Below, piece after piece: positions 50,707-59,679 of a stretch of 64,000 nt of DNA (its first letter is position 1; every line of letters begins with the position of its first letter). Location: the IMG/VR virus record IMGVR_UViG_3300017971_000001, positions 1-64,000 of that record. One strand, written 5' to 3'. Below the pieces are notes generated by a model. That model did no database searches and was not told the DNA's origin. It saw only the letters and a list, made by a program, of their open reading frames with translations. A program made the translations under genes and the position numbers.

Positions 50707-50955
50707 CGGCGTTCCTGCTGCTGGCGCTCGCTTTCCTGATCGACTACCTGCGCGATCGTCGCGAGCGCGGCCGCAGGAAGTAGTGTTCGACGCGGAGGCG
50801 TTGCCTCGAGTTGCCTCGAGTTCCCGGCACTGAAAAACTGGTTGTAATAGCTCTAAGAGCAGTTTTGCGGGTTCCCGGCGCCGCCCCTGGGTTTTCCGGC
50901 GCCGCTGATTTGCTGGGCAGATCGCCAGCAAGTCTCGAGTCGGAAGCTGAGGGAA

Positions 50956-51060
50956 GCTGAGGGAAGCAGGCGGAAAAAGTCGCCATAACTTCTTTCAGAG
51001 CAATCGCTGAGGGAAGCAGGCGGAAAAAGTCGCCATAACTTCTTTCAGAGCAATCGCTGA
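50956..51060. repeat. Exact 50-bp tandem duplication plus a partial third copy
   Basis: gctgagggaagcaggcggaaaaagtcgccataacttctttcagagcaatc at 50956-51005 and 51006-51055; nearby 10-bp tandems at 50801-50820 and 50946-50965. Confidence 0.95.
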
Positions 51061-51299
51061 CGCCGGCCGTCAGTAAATGACGCGGCCTGTCTCCGCCTTC
51101 ATGTACGATCTATCCGCCACGAAGGGACGGTGCTTCGCCGTCCTGGCCACAACGACCCTCGTCGGCTGTCGCGTCAGCCGAGCTCCAGGCCTTGGCGGCT
51201 GGGCAAGGACGACCCCGCCACGGTACATGGATCTGCCCGGTGCGGGCTGCCACCCATTGCACCGGGCAGTTCTATGCACGGCGAGGCCGTAAGGGCAGC

Positions 51300-53401
51300 C
51301 TAGCTGAAGATCATGTCTCGGCCAAGCCCGTGACCGATCGATCGGTGATTTCTGGGCCGAACCTCTCCCCGGCCGCCCTTCCCCTGGAAATGGCCCGCAC
51401 CCTCTCCCTCGACTGCTCGAGCGTAGCCGGCGTCGCTGCCGAGGCCGCGGCCGACCATGCAGACGGTGTTCACGTAGAGGCACATGAAGACGTGCGGCCG
51501 CCGACGCCTCACTAGAAGAGTCCGTATCCGCGGCTGCAGCCAAGCGCCCGGCCCATTCGGTCTCGCGTGCGCGTGCCCCTGAAGACCCCCAAGCCTCCCT
51601 CTAAACTTCCCTTTACCTTAGAGGCCCAGCGCCTGCAGCCAGCACCTTTCATGGCGCGACCCAAAGGCGATCCGATCATTCTTCTCCTTCGCTTCAATTC
51701 TGCACGAACCCGTTCTGGCTCCAGCCGCAGCTAGCACCCGTGCCGCGGGCGACGCCTCTTCTGCGTCGGATCGACCCTCCTTCGCCCTTGTAATACGTGA
51801 TCCCTCTCCCGTCCCGAGATCTCAAGCCCAGGGGCGACTCGGTTCTGGAATCCGTAGAGGCTCAGCGGGATCGAGATATGCGAGCGCCTCACTCGGTTCA
51901 TGGAAACATTCCCGTTCCCAGTGGAGGTCGCTCCTCGGTCCCCTTGCCCGTGAAGCGCGCGAAGGGCACCGCGATCGAGAAGCCCTGCCCTCGACAGGCC
52001 ATGCAGTCAAAGCGCAGGAGGTAACGGCGGCGACGGCGCTTCATTCGACGTCCCGCCGCCCGCAGCGACGAAGCAAACCGGACCCAACGGCGTTTCCGAG
52101 GCTGCGGCCTGCTTGCGCGCAGCCCCAGCCGAAATGGAAGGTGGCGGAGTCATGACTTCCTCCGCCCGTCGATTCGTTCTTCTCGATCCCCCAGCCGCAC
52201 TGCATAGAGCGGACATAGTGACTGACCACGCTATACCCCTTCCTGCGCCTGCGTCTCACAGGATCCTCGCGGATCCGTGACCGCGGCCGACCGTAGAGCA
52301 GATCCCGTAGCTGAAATGAGAGCCGATTCCGTCATTGTCCTTGAGGCCCCACGCGAGGTCGAGCCATTGACCTCGACCGCTGAAGTCAAAAAGGCCTATG
52401 TCGCGATTGCTCCAGCTGGAGGTATGGCAGCCGCCCGTCCTGCGTCGACGCCTCATGAAGACCTCCGACGGAACCACTTCGCAGAGCGGCTTAAGCCTCG
52501 GCCGAACGAACGAAAGAGCCCGTAGCCCAGAACCCCCCTTAATCTTGAAGACGGGCAGCATTTTCCCAGCCCGATCGATCGCTCGAGCCCGAAGCCTCGC
52601 CCCTCCCACAGCGACCACGGCATTCTCTGCCGTCGCTTCACACGCGCCTCCAAAGTACGCCGCTGCCCCTCGACCTGCGCAAGCCGATTCCCGTGGAAAA
52701 CCCGACCCCTATTCCTGAGAAGTCCATAGGAATCCCTCTCCAGCGCCTTCCGCAGCCAACGACCGAGCGCAGTCCTCGTCCGTGCATGGTCCAAAATGGA
52801 GCCGAGCGGAAGCAGCGCCTTCTCCTTCTCAACGACGGCATGAGGAAATGTACCAAGAGGCCCCCAGCGCCCTCCTTAGCCCAGCAGAATAAGCCTTACG
52901 CCCGCCAACTCCAAAGAAGTTCCCGAGTCCATGAGAGACGCCGGCGTTCGCCTTCGACCTTCCGTCGTTTATCTCCAGGCGGACCCAGCGGGCCTTGAAA
53001 AGTCCGGCGCCTGATCGCCTCCTGATTCTCACCACCCAGTGAACTCCCCTCGGTCCCGATCGAGACCCATGCCAATTCGGTTGGTCTTCCTGCGACCCGT
53101 CTGCGAGAGGTAGATCGAGAACCCGCCCGACCTCGGCGTCCTGCGAGCGCCTCCGAAGATCACTCGAGGGAACGCGAGGAAGCTGACCTTGAATTCGTGA
53201 AGGCTGTTACGCCGTCGCCGCACGACCCGCTCCCACGAATCCGATCGAGCTTTTGAGGCTCAAGCGAGGGTCTCCGAACGAAGCGCCTGCGCCCCAGCCA
53301 ACAGTTATCGCCAAACTTCCTCCCCAGCTGCGCCGCAGCCCATAGGAGCGGTTTGAGAACCTCAGCGATACGCCCCTTGAGTTTCTGCGGCGTCTTCTCA
53401 T
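51300..53401 (-). other. Array of translationally coupled M-(R/K)-RRRR Gly-rich microprotein genes
   Basis: ORFs 53207-53401, 53029-53223, 52829-53032, 52638-52832, 52453-52641, 52256-52456, 52041-52259, 51898-52044, 51512-51697 and 51300-51512, mostly joined by NTGA or TAG/GTG overlaps. Confidence 0.75.
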
Positions 53402-53673
53402 GCCAGGTCTCCGTATTTCCGCTGCTCCTCCTGAATCGCCCTCTTCTCCTTTTTGCTTAGCGCGATCCGCTTGGCGAAGTGAGCTCGCTTGTACTGGGAT
53501 TCCCATGTTCCCTTGCGGGGTTGGTGCGGAGCCTTTGCACCCGACGTCGGCCAAGCCTGGATCCGATCGCCGCAGGTCACGCAGGGCTGAGCGACTCTTT
53601 CTTTGGCGCGGCCCTCCGGTGCAATTCCGAAGGTTCCGCAGAAGTCGCAGGAGAAATACCAGATACCGCTCAT
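53398..53673 (-). CDS. Small Zn-finger-like protein embedded in the microprotein array
   Basis: CDFC...CVTC; ATGA-coupled at both ends. Confidence 0.6.
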   Translation of the reverse strand: MSGIWYFSCDFCGTFGIAPEGRAKERVAQPCVTCGDRIQAWPTSGAKAPHQPRKGTWESQYKRAHFAKRIALSKKEKRAIQEEQRKYGDLA

Positions 53674-53876
53674 GACGTCCGTGGGATCTTGTAGGGCCTT
53701 GACCACCCGAAGGATCTTGTGAGTCCATAGGCAGCACTCGAAAACAGGCCTCGGCCGCAGGTTGTCCCCCAAGCCCCGCCGAAGCGAACGGAGACAATGA
53801 ACACGCTGTGGTGCAAGCCAAGCCCTTTCGACCGAGGGGCCCGCGTGTAGACCCTGACGCGCCGACCTCGGGTCAC
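53670..53876 (-). CDS. RRRR-family microprotein (divergent)
   Basis: MTRGRRVRV...GLGL...GRGL...YGL; coupled at both ends. Confidence 0.55.
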   Translation of the reverse strand: MTRGRRVRVYTRAPRSKGLGLHHSVFIVSVRFGGAWGTTCGRGLFSSAAYGLTRSFGWSRPYKIPRTS

Positions 53877-54064
53877 GAATAGACCTCTTCGTCCGCTTCC
53901 TCCTCAAGCGCCTCTTTGCAGATCCTGCTTATCTTGAGCCGGATCGTGCGCAGTCGCTTGAGCTTACGCCGCCGGTCGATCGTTTTGGAAACGACCGCAG
54001 CGAGAAAGACCGTCGCGAACAGGACGATCAGGACAATCGCGAGGAGGTAGTGCCAGCGAATCAT
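53873..54064 (-). CDS. Small membrane protein
   Basis: N-terminal TM followed by RRRKLKR. Confidence 0.65.
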   Translation of the reverse strand: MIRWHYLLAIVLIVLFATVFLAAVVSKTIDRRRKLKRLRTIRLKISRICKEALEEEADEEVYS

Positions 54065-54267
54065 TGGCCCTCCAAGACCTCGACCGTGCGCGCCAGGAGC
54101 TCTTTGCAGGCTTCAAGGTCCCCGTCGGCCAGCCGGCGCAAGAGAGGGTCACCGGACCTCCGCAGGATCCTCCGGTCTTCGTCGTCCAGGCCCGCGAAGT
54201 CCTCCAGCGTCAAGGCGTCGAGCTCCGAGCGCTTGATCGTCACGCAGTAGACCGGCCAATCGCTCAC
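54061..54267 (-). CDS. Hypothetical protein
   Basis: Coupled at both ends. Confidence 0.6.
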   Translation of the reverse strand: MSDWPVYCVTIKRSELDALTLEDFAGLDDEDRRILRRSGDPLLRRLADGDLEACKELLARTVEVLEGQ

Positions 54268-54533
54268 TGCAACAGCCCCTTGATCTTGTTCGCCGCCTGC
54301 CGACGCAGGAACGATATCACGCGGGGCCTCATGATCGCGTGAGGCAGATTGTTCCCCGCGCGCCAGCGCGCCACCGTCGGCCGAGAGACGTGCAGCTTGT
54401 TGGCGGCCTCCTGGTTGGTCATGCCGATCTGCTCAAACGCCTCCTCGAGCGCGGACACGAACTCGCCGTCGTCATGCGGATTGGACCGGCCTAAATGCTC
54501 AATGAGAGCCTTCAGTCGATCGATTTCCGTCAC
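54264..54533 (-). CDS. XRE/Cro-like HTH protein
   Basis: GMTNQEAANKLHVSRPTVARWRAG. Confidence 0.8.
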   Translation of the reverse strand: MTEIDRLKALIEHLGRSNPHDDGEFVSALEEAFEQIGMTNQEAANKLHVSRPTVARWRAGNNLPHAIMRPRVISFLRRQAANKIKGLLQ

Positions 54534-54817
54534 TCCGGCTTCCAGTTCGCCGCTTCACGGAGACTCTCGAGCGAAGTCGTGCGGGCCAGGTAGTCGTAGG
54601 GACCGTCCCCGTCCTTGTCGAACAGGCTCTCGTCCGCAAGGTCTTCGTAGGGGATCGTGTCCACGTCGCCCGCTCCGTAGTTGGAGGATCCGTCGCTGAA
54701 GCCCTCGGCATAGGCCGTTCGTTCCGCCTCGGTCTTGAAGTGAACGACGCCTTCGAGGTAGCCCTCGCAGCAGCAGAGCAAGGTAAACGGCTTGTCTTCG
54801 TGATTCCCGGTTTTCAC
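54530..54817 (-). CDS. Acidic hypothetical protein
   Basis: Coupled at both ends. Confidence 0.6.
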   Translation of the reverse strand: MKTGNHEDKPFTLLCCCEGYLEGVVHFKTEAERTAYAEGFSDGSSNYGAGDVDTIPYEDLADESLFDKDGDGPYDYLARTTSLESLREAANWKPE

Positions 54818-55227
54818 TAGTAGTCCTCCCGCTTGCGGGCTCCCTCTTTGAGGCTCTTGAACAACTCGACCGCCTGATCCCGCGTCGGCGGCACGCCCTC
54901 CGATTTCAGGAGGTCCGTTCCGCGCCTCCAGATCTCGTAGTATTCGTCGTCGGTCGCGCAGATCAAGTTCAATTTGCCGAACATGAGCTTCTCCTTCTCG
55001 TCGCTGAACTGCTTCAGCCAGTCAGCCAGGCGCGGGTCGATCCGAATGACGAGATCGACGTCGCTGTCCGGCCGCGCGTTTCCGTAAGCATGACTCCCCG
55101 TCAAGAAAGCGTGCTGCTTCCCCCTGCGCGTGACCCTGGCCAGCGCTATGAGCAGCAGAAAGACCGCCGTGCTCGAGATCAACGACATGAAGCAGGCAAG
55201 CATGCCCAGCGCTCCCAACTCTTCCAC
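54817..55227 (-). CDS. Minimal nucleotidyltransferase (MNT/Pol-beta fold) with an N-terminal hydrophobic segment
   Basis: FLTGSHAYG...DSDVDL (GS, DxD); start inferred from a TAG/GTG overlap. Confidence 0.75.
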   Translation of the reverse strand: MEELGALGMLACFMSLISSTAVFLLLIALARVTRRGKQHAFLTGSHAYGNARPDSDVDLVIRIDPRLADWLKQFSDEKEKLMFGKLNLICATDDEYYEIWRRGTDLLKSEGVPPTRDQAVELFKSLKEGARKREDY

Positions 55228-55818
55228 TACCAACTCCCGTGCAGCTTGTTTAAACCTTCGCCGCAGCAATGTTGAACTCCTGAGCCAACGACCCCCTCGG
55301 GGTAGATCAGGTGAAAAGAGAACCTCTTCAGGAATGTGTCCATAGGTCCCGTGCCTACCCTTCTCCTCAACCCAACTCCGTCCTGGACGACGTAGCAGCG
55401 ATACCTTCTGCGGCGGTTCACTACCAATCACCATGGCAGAGGGTCAATCCTGATCCGGTCTGTGCATACAGACCCTTGCCGACGACCCCTTCGCCATACA
55501 CAAGGTGCTTGCCAATGAACTTCGAGAAGTCGTCCATGGCCCCAATGCCCGAGGCGCAACTCTGACCGACGCCGCCCTGAATCGAGAACATGCGATACCT
55601 TCTGCGACGCCTCAAAGGTGGATCGTGTAGTTGCCGGACATGCGTGACGTGCCGCGACCAATCCAGACGCCCGATCGAAGCAGGCGAGAGGACCGCCACT
55701 TCCTAGCCCCGGTTCCGAGTGCTCGGTTCAAACCGATTCCGGTCCCCGTTTGATTGCCGACGCCCGTTGCCGGAGCCGCTGAATAGCGATAGAGCCGCCT
55801 TCTTCCCGCACGATTCAT
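55227..55818 (-). other. Second cluster of three RRRR-family microprotein genes
   Basis: 55612-55818, 55421-55615 and 55227-55421; the last two are clear paralogs. Confidence 0.75.
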
Positions 55819-55847
55819 GTTCGCGCTCCAGGGCTTATCCTTGCCCT

Positions 55848-56327
55848 ATGGACGATCCGCCTGTGATCCAGTTCAAGCCGAAGCCAGACCCTCCTCCCAA
55901 GAAGGAGGAGGAGGTCAAGGACGACGGTTACCTCGCGCCCGAGCTCGGGAAGCTCGTCAACCGCCGCGTGTCCCTCCCCAACGAACTGTGGGAAGAAGTG
56001 ATCGACATGGCGAAGGCGGGCGGGAGTAACTACCAGGACCTGCTGGCTTGCTTGATCGACCTCGGCATGAGGGCTCAGGCGCTGGGAGAAGACCGGCCTC
56101 GTCGGGTCCTGGTCGAGACAGGGATTCACACGCGGATCGAGCTCCTGCGCGAGGGGCAGACTCCAGAGTTCCTCGGCGAGGTCCGGATCCCCCAGGTGCC
56201 CGCGGTCGGTGAGGCGATCTCGTTCCAGCGGGCCGGTTACGTCGTCGAGCAGCGCGCCTGGCGCCTGAAGGAGGACGGGGCGACAGCGTTCCTGCGGGTC
56301 AAGCGGTTCGGCAAGAAGAAGCATTAG
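55848..56327 (+). CDS. Ribbon-helix-helix-like regulator fused to a small domain
   Basis: TATCCT-N6-ATG; RRVSLPNELWEEVIDMAKAGG. Confidence 0.6.
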   Translation: MDDPPVIQFKPKPDPPPKKEEEVKDDGYLAPELGKLVNRRVSLPNELWEEVIDMAKAGGSNYQDLLACLIDLGMRAQALGEDRPRRVLVETGIHTRIELLREGQTPEFLGEVRIPQVPAVGEAISFQRAGYVVEQRAWRLKEDGATAFLRVKRFGKKKH

Positions 56328-56956
56328 CGACAGGCCAGGCTTCCTTCGACGTGGCGGATCCCCTCGTCACCGACAACGAACTCCATACCGCGCTGGATCT
56401 CCTTGCCGCACTCGAAGCACGTTCCGTGTCCCTCTGCCCTAAGTACTCGGGCGACCTCGTCCGGATCCTCTCCGATCGTGCTCGTCGGATCGAACTTCCC
56501 CATGACCGCAGGCTCGATCGGGCTGAGCTCAGGGGCCGTGCGCTGCTGCTTGATCTGCTGGGCCATTCCCTTGATCCGCTGGCCGAGGCGGTTGATCTCT
56601 TCAATGAACACGTCCCGGTCGCCCGCTCGTTTCTCGAGTCGTTCGAGCCGGAGGCTGATCTCGGTCAACTGCTGCTTCAGGTTGGGGCTCAGCGCTTCGT
56701 CCGTGCGCAGGCGATCCGTTTGCGGCTTGGCCTGGCGGAGCAGGTAGTCGCTATCGGGGCGGCGTCGCTTCTCCTCCTTCGCCTGAACGCGCTGAATCTC
56801 GAAGACCAGGCTTTCGTGTACCTCTTGGACGAGCAGGGTCGCTTCTTCGAGCTCGGGGGCCGCGGAGCCCCTCGACGCGGCAATGATCACGTCGCCGCCG
56901 ATCGCAATGTTGTGTAGGGCGCGGGCGACCTCAAGGATCGATCTCAGGTTCTTCAT
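56324..56956 (-). CDS. Coiled-coil protein with a C-terminal CxxC
   Basis: ATGA-coupled; CFECG...H...C. Confidence 0.6.
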   Translation of the reverse strand: MKNLRSILEVARALHNIAIGGDVIIAASRGSAAPELEEATLLVQEVHESLVFEIQRVQAKEEKRRRPDSDYLLRQAKPQTDRLRTDEALSPNLKQQLTEISLRLERLEKRAGDRDVFIEEINRLGQRIKGMAQQIKQQRTAPELSPIEPAVMGKFDPTSTIGEDPDEVARVLRAEGHGTCFECGKEIQRGMEFVVGDEGIRHVEGSLACR

Positions 56957-57381
56957 GACTCGTCGTCCCCTTCCGTTCCCTCCGTCGTCCATTCGTAGCC
57001 AGGAGGCGGGGGATACAGTTGATTGCTGGGGCCCGTGAACGTCCCGCCGGGCGGGACAGGGACATAGCCGGGAGGAAGTTGGTGGTGGCGGTGAGCCATG
57101 AGCCGGTCTTCGATATCCTCCCGAATCTCCTGGTTCGTCAGGCCCGAGAAGCTGAGGTCGACGATCCTGCGAGCCTCGAGAACGGCCTGTCCGGCGTCCG
57201 GAGCCATTTGAAACGGGCGCTGGAACTGAGCGGAGTGAATCCGCGTCGCGAGCTCGGCGACCAGGCGAGGGAAGGCAAGGCTCGGCCGTTCGCGCCGAGA
57301 CTTCTCCCGGTCCAGGCGCTGCTGGTCCTCAGGGTCCGCGTCTGCGTTTCGTTCCAACTTGCGTACGTCTTCGTCGCTCAT
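56953..57381 (-). CDS. SD-R-tag protein
   Basis: ATGA-coupled; MSDEDVRKLERNADADPED. Confidence 0.65.
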   Translation of the reverse strand: MSDEDVRKLERNADADPEDQQRLDREKSRRERPSLAFPRLVAELATRIHSAQFQRPFQMAPDAGQAVLEARRIVDLSFSGLTNQEIREDIEDRLMAHRHHQLPPGYVPVPPGGTFTGPSNQLYPPPPGYEWTTEGTEGDDES

Positions 57382-58488
57382 GAACTCTTCTTTCGGGCTC
57401 GCTTGCGCTCGAACCTCAGGGCTCGTTTTGCCGTCCATTCGATCACGTCGGCAATCGAGCGCTCGCTGGCGTATCGGTCGTAACTTCTCCCGCACGGCTT
57501 GCAGAGGACAAAGCCGACGGCTTCTCGCTCACGACAGACGGAGCAAATCCAGACCTTGCCCTCGCTGGGATCACCCACCCTCTTCCTCCTTGTTGGGAAA
57601 GGGGAATTCGTTGCCGTAGACCCGCGGGAACATGATCGTCTTGTGATCTCGGTCGATCTTTCCACCGACCTTTTGGGCCTTCTCGATCCCCTCCCAGAGA
57701 CCGCTGCAGGCCGGAGTCAGGAACGCCTGGTTGGCAGGTAGCCCGCGCCTCATGTTCTCCTGACCCTTGTTGCGCCAGATCTCCTCGAAGATCTCCAGGC
57801 ACTCGTAAAAACCGCGCGAGCGCTCCTCGAGCCGGATCTCCTTCATGGTCTTCCGGCCGACCTTACGGCTCACTTCGCCCACCCTTGCCTCCTCATGATC
57901 TTCTGGGTCCTGCCGCCCGGCTCATACCAGCCCCCTCGAACGAAGTCCGCCAGCTGGACGGTGCCGCAGCGCGAGCAGCAGCGCTGAAAGCCGAGGCCGC
58001 GCTCGGTCCATTCGTGGCCGCGCCCTCTGCAGATCAGCCTCCGTGCTCCCCTGGGCAAGAACCGATCCCAGCGACTCACCGGGCCGTGCTGACCTTGACC
58101 TTCGTCCAGCTGAGGCTGGCGAGGTAGTTCTGCTGCACGTTCGTCAGCGAGCTCCAGTTGTCCCGGTAGCCGAAGATCGGCTCTCCCTCTGCGAACTTCC
58201 AGACGCGCCCCTGCTCGATCAGGTAGGTCTGGTCTTCGTCCCGGGCGCACTTGGGCTCGGTCACGTCGAACTCGTGGAACACGTTCATTCTTCTTCTCCT
58301 CCTTGGTTCAGGATCTTGGTGAGTTGGTGTGCGGCGGCCAGGTGCGGTTCGGCTTCGACGTGCCCTTTGCGCCAGAGTTGCTTGCCCTCGGCTGAGGTGT
58401 GGGTGCAGGGCGACCAGCCGGTCGCGTCCAGGAACTCGACGACCGCGTCCATGAACTTCAGAGCGGCTTGCTCGCTAGATTGGCTCAT
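57378..58488 (-). other. Run of about five small coupled hypothetical genes, several Cys-rich
   Basis: 57378-57665, 57571-57882, about 57870-58079, 58076-58288 and 58285-58488; exact starts uncertain. Confidence 0.5.
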
Positions 58489-58700
58489 GGGTACCAGCGC
58501 CCGGGAACGTAGAACTCAGATCTCTCAGAACGAACGCCTCGCCCAAAGCACCAAGCGATCCCGCCGCCAACAGACCTCTTGGCAAGTATGCCGACAGGGG
58601 CGCCCCAGCCCGCTGCCCGCCTTTCGGAGAATCCGAGGTGGAGGTTGAGCCCTTTTCCGCACTCCTTGCCTAAGGGGCTCCTTCGATTCGATCGATTCAC
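58485..58700 (-). CDS. RRRR-family microprotein (MNR variant)
   Basis: GTGA-coupled; MNRSNRRS...GKGL...FGRGV; 71 aa. Confidence 0.55.
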   Translation of the reverse strand: MNRSNRRSPLGKECGKGLNLHLGFSERRAAGWGAPVGILAKRSVGGGIAWCFGRGVRSERSEFYVPGRWYP

Positions 58701-59074
58701 CGCTTCTGCCTGGACCGCTTCCGCATGAGCTTGAGGCACTCCTCGCAATCCGGGATCCGCTTCTCTCCGCCCCAGCGAGCAATGACCTGACTGCCGCAGC
58801 GAGTCGCGTCGCTCAAGGCTTTCGGGTCAGGTCTGCGGCCGCCCTTGGTCGCGCACCAGCCTTCTCGGTGTTTCACGCACCACACGGGCTTCAGGCCACT
58901 GGGGACGTAATAGAAGGTCGCGGTGCCGTTCTTGACGCGTACCTCGGACAGGTAGTAGCCGGACTCGAGGAGTTCCGGTTCGTCCGCGGGCTTGACGCCG
59001 CAGGCGCCTACGACATGGAGCAAGCTGGACGTCGGCGAGATTCCGACCTGCCGGACCTGGACCGAGCCGCTCAC
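58697..59074 (-). CDS. Cys-rich hypothetical protein
   Basis: Coupled at both ends. Confidence 0.6.
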   Translation of the reverse strand: MSGSVQVRQVGISPTSSLLHVVGACGVKPADEPELLESGYYLSEVRVKNGTATFYYVPSGLKPVWCVKHREGWCATKGGRRPDPKALSDATRCGSQVIARWGGEKRIPDCEECLKLMRKRSRQKR

Positions 59075-59679
59075 AGCGGCTCACCGTCCCGGCGGTCCCG
59101 GGCCCGGATCAGCGCTTCGCGCACCTCTTCCTTGTTCGAGCCGTCCCAGCGCACGACGCGATCGTGCTCGAACTCACGGTTCCAGGGTCGGCAAGGCATG
59201 ACGACGAGCCCGCGGGGTCGAGCGAGGAGCCACTCGCTCGTGTAGGCGACCGAGTCGTCGAAGAGAACGCGACCGTAGACCATTTCCTTCCTGGAGGCGA
59301 TCGTGACCAAGGTCTCTTCGGTGAGGTTGTTGGCGCACCACTCGACCTTCTCGCTCCAGGCAGGGATCGTCGTCCTGGGGCCCTTGGTCAGAACGTGTGC
59401 CTCGAAGCCAAGCCTCTGCAGCATGGAGAGAATGACGAATCCGTCCGCGAGGGGCTCGAGGTCGCGCCACCAGCCGGGCTGGTGACGGATCATGCGCGTC
59501 AGGCTCTCGAACCACTCCGGCCAGTTCTTCGACCGATACGTCGAGATCAACTGGCCCATGAACTCCGGCGGGCAGACCTTCTTCAGGTCGCGGACCATGG
59601 CGGCGTCGTAGCCCGCCAGGGTCCCGTCAAGGTCTACCAGCGCGATCGGCTTATTCAACGTCGTCCTCCTCGTCCTCAT
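59071..59679 (-). CDS. 5'(3')-deoxyribonucleotidase, NT5C/HAD family
   Basis: ALVDLDGTL (DxD), EKVEW, VLFDD, PWN. Confidence 0.88.
   Translation of the reverse strand: MRTRRTTLNKPIALVDLDGTLAGYDAAMVRDLKKVCPPEFMGQLISTYRSKNWPEWFESLTRMIRHQPGWWRDLEPLADGFVILSMLQRLGFEAHVLTKGPRTTIPAWSEKVEWCANNLTEETLVTIASRKEMVYGRVLFDDSVAYTSEWLLARPRGLVVMPCRPWNREFEHDRVVRWDGSNKEEVREALIRARDRRDGEPL

Noticed and set aside
50685-50783. 33-aa TM peptide with a basic tail as a holin or spanin
   Set aside because: It is a plausible ORF, but it has no RBS, overlaps the upstream gene end, and no endolysin was recognised nearby.
50956-53401. CRISPR array or DNA-level repeat-spacer interpretation of the periodic region
   Set aside because: There is no constant-sequence repeat; the recurring element varies synonymously as Arg codons, units are about 200 nt, and no cas genes were seen.
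51300-55818. Twin-arginine (Tat) export signals in the RRRR microproteins
   Set aside because: No S/T-R-R-x-F-L-K consensus and no hydrophobic h-region.
15669-57381. The idea that the MS/MR/MK starts are only a by-product of NTGA gene overlap
   Set aside because: The overlap fixes only the first base of codon 2; it cannot explain conservation over 5-30 further residues or the internal copies after NP.
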